Assembly (NCBI GenBank): GCA_019311105.1
Contig: JAFDDA010000020.1
Coordinates: 14,550 to 78,549, forward strand
Length of the DNA: 64,000 nucleotides
DNA from: Deltaproteobacteria bacterium
Lineage (GTDB): Bacteria > Myxococcota_A > UBA9160 > JAFDDA01
Direction of reading: 5' to 3'
A program made the position numbers and the translations under genes. The notes beneath the pieces were generated by a model. That model was not told the DNA's origin. It ran no database searches and worked only from the letters and a program-made list of their open reading frames with translations. Shown here piece after piece: positions 8,653-18,039 of this stretch (positions are counted from its first letter, which is position 1; the number at the start of each line of letters is the position of its first letter).

Positions 8653-10920
8653 ATGGCCCGCGCCCTGCCCGAAAGCCACGAAGTCGTCCACCGTTCGTGC
8701 CCGCTGTGCGAGGCTCACTGCGGCGTTTCGGTCGAGGTCGACCGCACGAGCCAGACCGTCGTCACCATCCGCGGCGACGAGGCCGACCCGCGCAGCGGCG
8801 GCTACCTCTGCCCCAAGGCCTACGGCCTGAAAGGCCTCCACGAAGACCCGGACCGCTTGCGCGGGCCCCAGCGTCGGGTCGGCCCGCGCGGCGACCCGGA
8901 CGCCACCTGGGAGGAAATCGGTTGGGACGAGGCCTTCGACCTCGTCGGCGAGCAGCTGCGCGCCGTCCGAGAAGCCCACGGCCCGAACAGCATCGCCACC
9001 TACATTGGCAACCCCACCGCCCACGACCTCGGCTCGCTCGTGTACGGCCAGGTCTTCCAGCGCGCGCTCGGCACCAAGTGGCGTTTCTCGGCGTCGAGCG
9101 TCGACCAACTCCCGAAGATGATGAGCTCGGCGTTTCTCTACGGGAACCCGCTCGGGTTCCCGGTCCCGGACATCGACCGTACCGATTTCCTGCTGATGCT
9201 CGGCGCCAACCCGCTCGTATCGAACGGGAGCCTCTGCACCGCCCCCGACTTCCCGGGCCGGCTCGCGAAGCTACGGGGGCGCGGAGGGCGCCTCGTCGTG
9301 GTCGACCCGCGTCGGACCGAGACCGCGGCGATTGCCGACGAACACCTGGCGATCCGGCCCGGAAGCGACGCGTACTTCCTGTTCGCCCTGGCGAATGTCT
9401 TGTTCGAGGAAGGTCTGGTGAGCCTCGGCCCGCTCAAAGCCTTCACCAACGGCGTCGAAGAAGTGCAAACCCTCGCCAAGGACTTCCCGCCCGAGGCGGT
9501 GGAGGCGGCAACCGGGATCAAAGCAGCCACGACGCGGCGCATCGCCCGCGAGCTGGCCGCAACGGAGCGCGCCGTCTGCTACGGCCGCATCGGCACCTGC
9601 ACCCAGGCCTTCGGCACCCTGTCGAGCTGGCTGGTCGACGTGGTGAACGTGCTGTCCGGCAACGTCGACCGACCCGGCGGCGCCATGTGGCCCCGGGCCG
9701 CATCGGGGCCCGGCGTCGACCCGCCGCGCGCGCCCGGCCCGGCCCCCTACGGCCGCTGGCACACCCACGTGCGCGGCCTCCCCGAATTCAACGGCGAGCT
9801 TCCCGTGGCCGCCCTGGCCGAAGAGATCGACGAGGCGCCCGAAGCGGAGCGCGTGCACGCGATGGTGACGATGGCCGGGAACCCGGTGCTCTCGACGCCC
9901 AACGGGGCTCGCCTGGCGAAGGCCTTCGAGAGCCTCGACTTCATGGTGAGCGTCGACATCTATCGCAACGAGACGACGCGCTTCGCGGACGTGATCCTGC
10001 CGCCGACGGGCCAGCTCGAGCATTCCAACTACGAGATGGTATTCGACCTCATGTCGGTGCGGCACTGGAGCAAGTATTCGCCGCGCGTCATGCCGAAGCC
10101 GGACGACGCGCGCGATGCATCGGAGATCCTCTCGGAGCTGGCCGGCCGCATGGCCGGCGTTGGCGCCGAGGTCGTGGAACAGGTGATGCTCTCCTCACTG
10201 CTGGCCGAAGCCGTCGGCCGCCCGGGAACCCCCTGCCCCGACGTCACCGAAGCCGAGGCACGCGAGAAACTCGGCGACATGCCGGGGACCGACCGCGTCC
10301 TCGATCTGCTGCTGCGCGCAGGACCGCATGGAGACCGCTTCGCGGACGCGAGCGACGGGCTCTCGCTCGAGCGCGTGCGCGCCGCCGAGCATGGCCTCGA
10401 CCTCGGCCCGATGGAACCGCGGCTGCCCGCGATGCTCGCCACGGAGAGCGGACGCCTCGAGCTGGCGCCGCCGGTCTTCGTGGAGGACGTCGAACGGTTG
10501 CGCAGCGACCTCGCGGCGCGCAGCGGGCGCGACGGCCTCGTCCTGATCGGTCGCCGCAACCTGCGCTCCAACAACTCCTGGATGCACAACGTCGAGGCCC
10601 TGGCGAAGGGCCCCGAGCGCTGCACCCTGCTCGTCCACCCCGAGGATGCGGCCCGCCTCGGGCTCGTGGACGGCGCGACGGCCCGTGTGCGCTCGCGCGT
10701 GGGCGAGCTGACGGCGCCGGTGGCCCTCGACGCGGGGCTTCTCCAGGGTGTGGTCTCGCTGCCCCATGGCTACGGCCACGGCGCCCCAGGCGCCCAGCTG
10801 GGCGTGGCGGCCCGCCACGCGGGCGTGAACACGAACCTCCTGACCGACGAACGCGACATCGACGTGCCCTCGGGCAACGGCGTCTTCTCGGGGATCCCGG
10901 TGGAGGTCGCGCCGGCCTAA
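8653..10920 (+). CDS. Molybdopterin-dependent oxidoreductase (formate dehydrogenase/nitrate reductase-like family)
   Basis: N-terminal 4Fe-4S Cys cluster CPLCEAHCG...YLCPKA, a 755-aa molybdopterin oxidoreductase fold, and a GGAGG Shine-Dalgarno (SD) sequence 5 nt upstream of ATG 8653. Confidence 0.85.
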   Translation: MARALPESHEVVHRSCPLCEAHCGVSVEVDRTSQTVVTIRGDEADPRSGGYLCPKAYGLKGLHEDPDRLRGPQRRVGPRGDPDATWEEIGWDEAFDLVGEQLRAVREAHGPNSIATYIGNPTAHDLGSLVYGQVFQRALGTKWRFSASSVDQLPKMMSSAFLYGNPLGFPVPDIDRTDFLLMLGANPLVSNGSLCTAPDFPGRLAKLRGRGGRLVVVDPRRTETAAIADEHLAIRPGSDAYFLFALANVLFEEGLVSLGPLKAFTNGVEEVQTLAKDFPPEAVEAATGIKAATTRRIARELAATERAVCYGRIGTCTQAFGTLSSWLVDVVNVLSGNVDRPGGAMWPRAASGPGVDPPRAPGPAPYGRWHTHVRGLPEFNGELPVAALAEEIDEAPEAERVHAMVTMAGNPVLSTPNGARLAKAFESLDFMVSVDIYRNETTRFADVILPPTGQLEHSNYEMVFDLMSVRHWSKYSPRVMPKPDDARDASEILSELAGRMAGVGAEVVEQVMLSSLLAEAVGRPGTPCPDVTEAEAREKLGDMPGTDRVLDLLLRAGPHGDRFADASDGLSLERVRAAEHGLDLGPMEPRLPAMLATESGRLELAPPVFVEDVERLRSDLAARSGRDGLVLIGRRNLRSNNSWMHNVEALAKGPERCTLLVHPEDAARLGLVDGATARVRSRVGELTAPVALDAGLLQGVVSLPHGYGHGAPGAQLGVAARHAGVNTNLLTDERDIDVPSGNGVFSGIPVEVAPA

Positions 10921-11011
10921 GGGCCCCGCCCGGCCCGGCCTCGCCACCCCTTCCCGCTCAAGGGAAAGCCCCACCCGGCCGATGCGCAGGACATCCCCCT
11001 GGAGGATCGTC

Positions 11012-11311
11012 ATGCGTCGCGTTTCCGCCCTGCTGAAGGGTTGCCTCGTCGTCACCTGCCTCGTCGCCACGGGCTGCGCGAGCCGGACCGTTGCAACGGC
11101 TCCGAGCGGGATGGGCTTCGCGCCCGCCCGCGTCGATGCCGGCCCGCCGCCCTGCGACGCACTCCACGCCCAAATCCATACCTCCGAGGCCCAATACGTC
11201 TCGAAGGCCGGGACCTGGCTCGACGCCCCGAATCGGATGGTCGAGAGCCGTCGCCTGCGAGCCCTGCAAGCGCGCGCGGAACGACTCGGCTGCTCGCTCC
11301 CGCAGGTCTAG
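11012..11311 (+). CDS. Small lipoprotein with a Cys-x45-Cys helical module (uncharacterised)
   Basis: GGAGGA SD, then MRRVSALLKGCLVVTCLVATGC signal/lipobox. The C-terminal block is PCDALHAQI...RRLRALQARAERLGC. It is paralogous to the next gene. Confidence 0.55.
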   Translation: MRRVSALLKGCLVVTCLVATGCASRTVATAPSGMGFAPARVDAGPPPCDALHAQIHTSEAQYVSKAGTWLDAPNRMVESRRLRALQARAERLGCSLPQV

Positions 11312-11462
11312 CCGCACCCGACCTCTGGACTCGATCGATGTGTGCAGGCTCACACACTGGGCGTGAGCAGGCTCCTCTCCACGGCTTCCTGCGGTGCCGA
11401 TGATCTCGGAACGAACATCGCGCCCGGCAGAACGCCGCGCCGTCTTCAGGAGAGCCCCCACC

Positions 11463-11777
11463 ATGAAACGTCTGATTCTCGTCGTGGCCATCGCCGCGCT
11501 CGGGACGGGCTGCGTGAGCACCCGACCCGATTCCGCCCACCGCACGAACCCGAACCTGCAGCTCCAGAAGGCCGACCTCGCCGTGGCCGGCTGGCGCGTG
11601 CCCTTCCAGTGCCTCGAGTTGTCGGAGCGGATCGAAGCCTCTCAGGCTCGCCTCTACGAGAACGCGGCGGGCACGTTCTCGACGGCGCGCTCCACGGACG
11701 AGCGTCGCCTGCGCTCGCTCGAATCGCGGGCCGATTCGCTCGGCTGCCTGCTGCCGGGGTCGCCTTTCGCCTACTAG
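11463..11777 (+). CDS. Small lipoprotein with a Cys-x44-Cys helical module (uncharacterised)
   Basis: AGGAGA SD, then MKRLILVVAIAALGTGC lipobox. The C-terminal block is QCLELSERIEAS...RRLRSLESRADSLGC. Confidence 0.6.
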   Translation: MKRLILVVAIAALGTGCVSTRPDSAHRTNPNLQLQKADLAVAGWRVPFQCLELSERIEASQARLYENAAGTFSTARSTDERRLRSLESRADSLGCLLPGSPFAY

Positions 11778-12667
11778 GCGGGGCGGCCCGACGCCGGGCC
11801 TTCCGACAGCAGTGCCATCAAGCTCGAAGTGTCCCAGCGGCCCCCGCCGCGGCGCTGGACTTCGGCGTAGAGCTGGTCGACCAGCGCTGCGACCGGGAGG
11901 CGTGCGCCGTTGCGGCGGGCCTCCTCCAGGGCGATGGCGAGATCCTTGCGCATCCAGTCCACCGCGAAGCCGAAGTCGAAGGCGCCCTCGAGCATGGGCG
12001 CGGCTCGGTGATCCATCTGCCAGGATTGTGCCGCGCCCTTCGAGATCACCTCGACGACCCGTGCCGCGTCGAGCCCCGCTCGCTCCGCAAACGCCAGGCC
12101 CTCGGCCAGACCCTCGACCAGGCCTGCGATGCAGATCTGGTTGACCATCTTGGTGAGCTGGCCCGAGCCCGCCGGGCCGAGCCGCACGGCGGTCTTGGCG
12201 TAGCAGTCGAAGAGCGGCTGGGCCCGCTCGAAGGCCTCGGGCGAGCCCCCGACCATGGTCGTGAGCACGCCCTTCTTGGCACCCTCTTCGCCGCCCGACA
12301 CCGGTGCATCGAGGAAATCGACTCCACCGCGCTCCCCCTCATCGGCCAGCTCCTTGGCGATCCGGGCGGAAGCCGTGGTGTGGTCGATCAGCAGCGAGCC
12401 GCGCTTCATGCGCCGGAGTGCACCCCGCTCGCCGCGCAAGACCTGCCCCAGATCGTCGTCGTTGCCGGTGCAGACCAGCACGACGTCGACGTCGTGCGCC
12501 GCTTCGGCGGGTGTACTCGCCGCTTCGCCTCCGTACTCGGCGACCCACTGTTGCGCACGCTCCGGGTTCCGGTTGTAGACGCGAACGTCGTGGCCGGCGC
12601 GAGAGAGATGGCCCGCCATCGGGTACCCCATCCGTCCGAGACACAGGAATGCGACCTTCTCCATCAT
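11774..12667 (-). CDS. NAD(P)-dependent beta-hydroxyacid dehydrogenase (3-hydroxyisobutyrate dehydrogenase family)
   Basis: MMEKVAFLCLGRMGYPMAGHL Rossmann N-terminus and family-typical length (297 aa). Confidence 0.85.
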   Translation of the reverse strand: MMEKVAFLCLGRMGYPMAGHLSRAGHDVRVYNRNPERAQQWVAEYGGEAASTPAEAAHDVDVVLVCTGNDDDLGQVLRGERGALRRMKRGSLLIDHTTASARIAKELADEGERGGVDFLDAPVSGGEEGAKKGVLTTMVGGSPEAFERAQPLFDCYAKTAVRLGPAGSGQLTKMVNQICIAGLVEGLAEGLAFAERAGLDAARVVEVISKGAAQSWQMDHRAAPMLEGAFDFGFAVDWMRKDLAIALEEARRNGARLPVAALVDQLYAEVQRRGGGRWDTSSLMALLSEGPASGRPA

Positions 12668-12721
12668 CGTCCTCCGCGAGCTCGCGCCACCCTAGCACCG
12701 GTCGGGTGGTAGCATTCGTCC

Positions 12722-13663
12722 ATGCCGACGTCCGATGCACCCGCGAGACGCATCGCCTCGTTGCTGCCGAGCTTGACCGAGACGGCGTGCGCGCTCGGGT
12801 TGCGCGACGCACTCGTCGGGCGCTCGCACGAGTGCGACTTTCCCGCCGGCGTCGAAACCCTCCCCGTCCTGACCGAACCCAAGCTCGACCCCGAGGCCGG
12901 TTCACGCGCCATCGATTCCCGAGTTCGCGAACTCGTGGAACGCGGCGTGTCGGTCTACCGCGTCGATGCCGAGGCCCTGCGCGAGGCCGCGCCCGACGTG
13001 ATCCTGACCCAGAGCCACTGCGAGGTCTGCGCGGCGAGCCTCTCCGACGTCGAGGCCGCTCTGGCGGAGTGGACGGGGGCCAAGCCGCAGGTGGTCTCCG
13101 TGGAACCCAAGACCGTGACCGACGTGCTCTCGTCGTTCGCGCAGATCGCGGCCACCCTGGGCGCGCGCGAGGCGGGCTTCGCCCTCCAAGCCCGGTGCCT
13201 CGAGCGGATGGAGGCCGTCGGCGCACGCACCCACGGCGCCCGACGCCCACGCGTGGTCTGCCTGGAATGGCTCGACCCCTTGATGGGCGCGGGCAACTGG
13301 ATGCCCGAACTCGTCGCCATGGCCGGCGGCGAGCCCCTGTTCGGGGAGGCGGGAGTGCACTCGCCGTGGATGGAGTGGGAGTCGCTTCGCGAAGCCGACC
13401 CGGACGTCGTCGTCGCCCTTCCCTGCGGCTTCGATCTCGCTCGGACCCAGCAAGAGCTCGACGACCTCGCGGCTGCGACGGGTTTCATCGAGCTGCGCGC
13501 GGTGCGAGAAGGGCGCGTCTACTTCACCGACGGCAATCAGTACTTCAATCGGCCGGGGCCGCGGATCGTCGACTCGCTCGAGATCCTGGCGGAGATGCTC
13601 CAGCCCGATCGCTTCCCCGCGCGCCATCGCGACTCGGCCTGGAAGGTCTGGCGCCCCGCCTAG
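12722..13663 (+). CDS. BtuF/TroA-like periplasmic-binding-fold protein (cobalamin/iron-complex binding family), no obvious signal peptide
   Basis: RIASLLPSLTETACALGL..LVGRSHECDFP and a C-terminal YFNRPGPRIVDSLEILAEML block typical of Peripla_BP_2 proteins. Confidence 0.7.
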   Translation: MPTSDAPARRIASLLPSLTETACALGLRDALVGRSHECDFPAGVETLPVLTEPKLDPEAGSRAIDSRVRELVERGVSVYRVDAEALREAAPDVILTQSHCEVCAASLSDVEAALAEWTGAKPQVVSVEPKTVTDVLSSFAQIAATLGAREAGFALQARCLERMEAVGARTHGARRPRVVCLEWLDPLMGAGNWMPELVAMAGGEPLFGEAGVHSPWMEWESLREADPDVVVALPCGFDLARTQQELDDLAAATGFIELRAVREGRVYFTDGNQYFNRPGPRIVDSLEILAEMLQPDRFPARHRDSAWKVWRPA

Positions 13664-14772
13664 CTCGTGAAGCGCGAGGGCAGGAACGCGCGCGCTTCGC
13701 TCGGCGTGGCTTTTCCCGAAACCCAACCCGTGATCAGCTCGCCCGTCGCAGGCGACAGCAGCACACCGTTGCGGTGGTGGCCCGTCGCAACGGCGAAGCC
13801 TTCGACTTCGTCCACGGGCCCGATGATCGGGAGCCCGTCGGAGGGGGTCGGCCGCAGTCCGGCCCAGGCCGAGCGGAAGGTGCAGTCGCCGATCGCCGGG
13901 ACGATCCGCGCACCCATCTCGAGCAGCTGACGCAGGCCCTCTCCGGTCACGCGCGCGTCGAAACCCACTTCTTCTTCCGTGGCGCCCACCACGAGGCTGC
14001 CATCCCGCTTCGGTACGACATAGCCGCCTGCACCGAGCAGGGTCGTGGCCGGCGCAGGGGTCGGCGCTTCGACCGAGAGGATCTGGCCTCGCAGCGGGGC
14101 CACGGGCAGACGTGCGAGGCCTTCTGGCCAAACACCCCCCGTGGCGGACCATGCGCCTGAGCAGAGCACTACGCGCGGCGTCGACCAGGCACCGTCGCGC
14201 GTCTCGACCCCCGTGACTCGCCCCGAGCCCACCCGGAGCCCGGTCGCCTCGACGCCGGTCTCGATGCGGGCCCCGAACCGACGGGCCGCCGCGGCATAGG
14301 CGCGCGCCAGAAGCGGGCTTCGGACGTGGGCCTCGTCGGGGGCGTACGACCCACCTACCGCATGCTCGGCGGCGTAGGGTTCCACCACGCGCACGGCCGC
14401 GGCATCGAACCACTCGAGCCGTGCGTCGGCAAAGGTGTCTGCGCGAGCCTGCAGGCGCGTCACGTCGTCGTCATCGAAGGCCAGGCGCAACGTGCCCGAA
14501 CGCACGAATTCGCAATCCACGCCCGAGCGCTCGAGCAGCTCGGCCGCCAGGCTCTCGAAGCCTTCGAGAGAACGCTGAGCCCAATGGAAGAAGGGCCCGG
14601 CATCGGCCGCATCGTTGGTCGGCGTGAGCATTCCAGCCGCTGCGCCCGAGGCGCCCGCGGCCAAGGCGTCGCGTTCGAGCAGCGTCACCTCGATGCCCTC
14701 GCGAGCGAGGAAGAATGCGACGCTTGCGCCGATCACTCCGCCGCCCACCACCACCACTTCGCTCGTACGCAT
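13660..14772 (-). CDS. FAD-dependent glycine/D-amino-acid oxidase (ThiO-like)
   Basis: VVVVGGGVIGASVAFFLAREG dinucleotide fold, DAO-family length, and C-terminal HHRNGVLLSP. Confidence 0.75.
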   Translation of the reverse strand: MRTSEVVVVGGGVIGASVAFFLAREGIEVTLLERDALAAGASGAAAGMLTPTNDAADAGPFFHWAQRSLEGFESLAAELLERSGVDCEFVRSGTLRLAFDDDDVTRLQARADTFADARLEWFDAAAVRVVEPYAAEHAVGGSYAPDEAHVRSPLLARAYAAAARRFGARIETGVEATGLRVGSGRVTGVETRDGAWSTPRVVLCSGAWSATGGVWPEGLARLPVAPLRGQILSVEAPTPAPATTLLGAGGYVVPKRDGSLVVGATEEEVGFDARVTGEGLRQLLEMGARIVPAIGDCTFRSAWAGLRPTPSDGLPIIGPVDEVEGFAVATGHHRNGVLLSPATGELITGWVSGKATPSEARAFLPSRFTS

Positions 14773-14820
14773 GGGCCGAGGGTAGCTGCTGGTTGACCCG
14801 GCGGAAGTGTCGCGCGCAAC

Positions 14821-15852
14821 CTAGAAGGCCAGTTGCCACCCCGCCGTGGTGAGCCAATCGGTCTCGAGCTGTGGGCCATCGAGGATCTGATGGATGGGCC
14901 TCGCCACCTCGATCGCGAACCGGTGGCCCTTGAGCGGACCGCTCCCCACGAGGTAGTTGAGTCCGAGCGCGGCATCCACGCGACGACCCGCCCGCAGGCT
15001 CGGGTCTGCCGTCGGCACGGTGTCGCCGTTCAGATCGTCGTCGTCACCGACGATGTCCTTCCACTTGTCGAACGAGAACCGCAGCGATGCCGAAACGCTC
15101 CGGCACAGTTCGACCGCCGCCCAGCCCGTGGCCGCGAAGCGGTGGCCCAGTCGGTAGCCCTCGCGGTTGCGCCCGATGCGATAGACGCCGCGCACCTGGG
15201 TGCCGAGGCGCACTCGCCCGAAGTCGCCGTTCCAGGTCAGTCCGGGCAGCAGGTCCGGCGTCCCCGAGCCGATCTGCATCGGGTAGGGCAGCTTTACGCG
15301 CTCGCCCATGGTGGGGGGCAGGTTGTCGGCGGCCCGCAGCGTCCCGGTCGGCCCGCTCATGCCGAGGTTGAGCAGCAGCTGGTGTTGCTCGCCCCCATAG
15401 AGCTCGTAGATCCCGGAGAGCGAGAGGTCCCCAAAGCCGTCGGAGCGGGTCGTGAAGGAGCCACCCATTCCGGTTCGGTGGTCCATGTCGAGCCGCAGGT
15501 ACGGGACCATCGCCATCAGGGTCAGGCGGTCCGTCGGCGCCCACATGAGTCCGAACATGTGCATCTCCATGTCCATGGCCGTCGGTGACACCGGGAACTC
15601 GGTCAGGACGTCGGCCGTGCTGACCCGCTCGGTCCCGTCGCGGTTGCCCTTCATGCTCATGAACATGAAGCGGTAGGAGAGCATGAACTCTCCTGCCCCG
15701 TGGTTGTGCTCGCCCACCACGCCGATGGGGACGTGGTCGATCGCGCGGCTGCCACCGGCGTGCCCGGTGTGCCCGGTGTCGCCGTCGGCCAGGACAGCAC
15801 CGGGAAGCCCAAGAGCCACCGTGAGCGCCAGCGCACGGATTCCGTTTGCCAT
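14821..15852 (-). CDS. Outer-membrane beta-barrel transporter (MetA-pathway/phenol-degradation-like family) with a His-rich N-terminus
   Basis: GGAGGA SD and MANGIRALALTVALGLPGAVLA signal, followed by DGDTGHTGHAGG..EHNHG. Alternating beta-strand pattern, terminal ...WQLAF. I trimmed the start from the 428-aa track ORF. Confidence 0.7.
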   Translation of the reverse strand: MANGIRALALTVALGLPGAVLADGDTGHTGHAGGSRAIDHVPIGVVGEHNHGAGEFMLSYRFMFMSMKGNRDGTERVSTADVLTEFPVSPTAMDMEMHMFGLMWAPTDRLTLMAMVPYLRLDMDHRTGMGGSFTTRSDGFGDLSLSGIYELYGGEQHQLLLNLGMSGPTGTLRAADNLPPTMGERVKLPYPMQIGSGTPDLLPGLTWNGDFGRVRLGTQVRGVYRIGRNREGYRLGHRFAATGWAAVELCRSVSASLRFSFDKWKDIVGDDDDLNGDTVPTADPSLRAGRRVDAALGLNYLVGSGPLKGHRFAIEVARPIHQILDGPQLETDWLTTAGWQLAF

Positions 15853-15928
15853 GATTCCTCCGGCGCGGGCACACGAGCGCCCGCGCTTCGCTTGAAGCGT
15901 CGATTCGAAAAGGGAAGCGTCGAAGGGG

Positions 15929-16327
15929 TCAGGCGAAGATCGGAACGCGCGCCGTGGGCGCGTGCAGCACCCTCTCGAAGGCAACCGGCGCGATGATGCG
16001 CGCAAGCAAGAGCCCGGGGTCGAGCTTGTGGCCTGGCAGATCGCTTCCGGGTGAACGGTCGCAGCCACAGGGACACGGCGCCTTCCAGCCGGAGTCCGCG
16101 TCGTCACGTGCCGGTCCGGGCATGGCTCCGTGGTCGTGTGCCATGGGGGACGCGAAGTCGGCGTTCGGGGACCCGTGGTGCGAGCTCGCGGAGTGGCTCA
16201 TCGGCTCGCTCACCGCGGGAGGCGTGACAACCACTTCGACCGCGGTGGTGCTGCCGCAGGGCACGGTCGCCACCATCAGGTGGGCACACGCCAAGACGAG
16301 GACGACACTTCGGAGCCAACGAGACAC
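15929..16327 (-). CDS. Small secreted His/Met/Cys-rich protein (candidate metal-binding, uncharacterised)
   Basis: GTG start, hydrophobic signal-like N-terminus, SHSASSHHGSP..SPMAHDHGAMPG and a PCPCGC motif, with high GC3. It lies directly upstream of the OM barrel on the same strand. Confidence 0.45.
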   Translation of the reverse strand: MSRWLRSVVLVLACAHLMVATVPCGSTTAVEVVVTPPAVSEPMSHSASSHHGSPNADFASPMAHDHGAMPGPARDDADSGWKAPCPCGCDRSPGSDLPGHKLDPGLLLARIIAPVAFERVLHAPTARVPIFA

Positions 16328-16422
16328 GGGCCAACGCTAAGCGAGGTCAGACGGGGCCGCCATGTGGCAGCGAGCCTCCGGGCTCTGTGGCGAGGTGTCC
16401 GCCAGCGAACCCGAGCCGCGGC

Positions 16423-17439
16423 CTAGCCGAGCGGGTACGGAATCTCGCGGGAGATTCGCTTTGCTTCCGCCAACGCATCCGCCGAGAGCGTCGTATCGGC
16501 GGCAGCGAGGTGCTCGTCGAGCTGATCCGGGGACGTGACCCCGATGATCGTCGAGCCCACGTAGTCCTGAGCCAACGTCCAGGCGATCCCGAGGGTCACC
16601 GGCGAGAGCCCGTTGTCGGCGGCGAGCTTCATGTACCGCTCGGTGGCCGCGAGGCTGCGCTCGTTCACGAAACGCTCGGTCATGGCCTTGTTGCGTGGGT
16701 TCTCGGCGCGGTAAGAGCTGAAGCGCGCGCCCTCGGGCCAGGCACCCCCCTGATACTTCCCCGAGAGCACACCGGCCGCGATCGGGCTGTAGGGCAGCAG
16801 GCTCACGTTCTCCTTGCGACACACGCGAGCGAGTTCGTCCGTGAAGCGCCAGTTCAACAGGCTGAAGTTGTTCTGGATCGTCTCGTAGCGCGGCAGGCCG
16901 TGGAGCTGCGCCGTCCACAGGCTCTTGGTGAGCCCGTAGCCCGTCTCGTTGCTGCAACCGATGGCGCGGACCTTGCCGCTCTCGACCACACGCTGCAGGC
17001 CCTCGAGGGTCTCTTCGTAAGGCAACCCGGGGTCGGGCCAGTGGGTCTGGTAGAGGTCGATGTAGTCCGTGCCGAGGCGCCGCAGGCTGCCCTCGACCGC
17101 GCGCTCGATGTTGTGGGTGTCGAGGCTCGTCTTGCCCTGTCGCACCGGCGCCTGGAACCAGCCGCGCCCGGGCCCGGCCACCTTGGTGGCGATGAAGACG
17201 GAGTCGCGCGGTTTGCCCGCGAGCCAGCGCCCGACGATCTCTTCGGTGCGCCCGGCCCATTCGGCACGCGGCGGCACGGGGTAGACCTCCGCGGCGTCGT
17301 AGAAGTCGACCCCTCCATCGAAGGCCTTGTCGAGGCAGGCAACGCTCGTCGCCTCGTCGGCCATGCTGCCGAAGGTCATGGTGCCGAGGCAGATCTCGGA
17401 GACGACCAGTCCAGAGTTTCCGAGGCGGCGATACTTCAC
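16423..17439 (-). CDS. Aldo/keto reductase
   Basis: MKYRRLGNSGLVVSEICLGTMTFG, a canonical AKR N-terminus; 338 aa. Confidence 0.9.
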   Translation of the reverse strand: MKYRRLGNSGLVVSEICLGTMTFGSMADEATSVACLDKAFDGGVDFYDAAEVYPVPPRAEWAGRTEEIVGRWLAGKPRDSVFIATKVAGPGRGWFQAPVRQGKTSLDTHNIERAVEGSLRRLGTDYIDLYQTHWPDPGLPYEETLEGLQRVVESGKVRAIGCSNETGYGLTKSLWTAQLHGLPRYETIQNNFSLLNWRFTDELARVCRKENVSLLPYSPIAAGVLSGKYQGGAWPEGARFSSYRAENPRNKAMTERFVNERSLAATERYMKLAADNGLSPVTLGIAWTLAQDYVGSTIIGVTSPDQLDEHLAAADTTLSADALAEAKRISREIPYPLG

Positions 17440-17493
17440 GGGAATCTCCTACAGGCTGTCCCTCGCACCGGGAATCCGGCATGGTTCGCAACC

Positions 17494-18039
17494 ATGGACG
17501 AACCGGCGCGGGAAGGAAGCGGACCGAGGCAGGGTATCGCGGGGATCCGCATGGGGCTCGCCTGCGCCGGGTTCTTCTTCGTGGCTTGTGCCGGAGCCGG
17601 TGCCGACTCCGTGCCGACGCCCGAAGCGGTGGAGCCTGCGCAGCGATGGCTCCGCGAGGCCGAGCCGCCGGCGGGCGCCATCGTGGTTCGGCTCGCCTTC
17701 GACGCGGGCGCTGACCTCGACCTCTACGTGACGGGGCCGCTCGAGGAGACCGTCTACTTCGGGAACACTCCGTCCAAGATCGGGGGCCGGCTCGAGGCCG
17801 ACGTTCGCTGCGACGCGCCGGCACCGCGAATCGAGACCGTCGTCTTCCCAACGGCACGGCCGGGCCGCTACCGCGTGGGGGTGGATCATCCCGAATCCTG
17901 CGGCCGGCGGCGGAGCGCAGCGCCCTTTGCCGTGGAGCTTCGTTCGACCGCCGGCGAACGGCGAGAGACGGGCGCCGCCCGCCCGGGCGAGTTCGAAGCC
18001 ATCGTGTTCGAGTGGATCGAGCCAGGCCCGGCGGACTAG
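17494..18039 (+). CDS. Hypothetical lipoprotein (DLDLYV...VYFGN...GGRL..D motif resembles YfaP/DUF2135-type domains, from memory)
   Basis: This is the 3' part of track ORF 16387-18039. It has signal/lipobox GLACAGFFFVAC and good codon bias. Alternative start ATG 17551. Confidence 0.45.
   Translation: MDEPAREGSGPRQGIAGIRMGLACAGFFFVACAGAGADSVPTPEAVEPAQRWLREAEPPAGAIVVRLAFDAGADLDLYVTGPLEETVYFGNTPSKIGGRLEADVRCDAPAPRIETVVFPTARPGRYRVGVDHPESCGRRRSAAPFAVELRSTAGERRETGAARPGEFEAIVFEWIEPGPAD

Noticed and set aside
6850-9108. 752-aa ORF on the minus strand spanning ettA and the 5' end of the oxidoreductase gene
   Set aside because: The translation is Arg/Pro/Gly/Ala-rich with no motifs. It runs in an alternative frame of the clearly real ettA gene. 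This is a typical shadow ORF of GC-rich DNA.
8697-11036. 779-aa plus-strand ORF
   Set aside because: It is the +2 frame of the molybdopterin oxidoreductase gene. The product is poly-Arg/Pro junk, whereas frame 8653 has the Cys cluster and the conserved domains.
12668-12721. Cobalamin riboswitch upstream of the BtuF-like gene
   Set aside because: The gap is 54 nt and lacks a B12-box-like sequence. That is too short for the aptamer.
12304-14413. 618-aa plus-strand and 503-aa minus-strand ORFs across the BtuF-like/ThiO region
   Set aside because: Both are Arg-rich alternative or antisense frames of genes with clear family motifs.
14773-14820. TPP riboswitch upstream of the ThiO-like gene
   Set aside because: Only 48 nt separate it from the upstream gene, and no CUGAGA/ACCUGA elements are present. 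That is too short for the aptamer.
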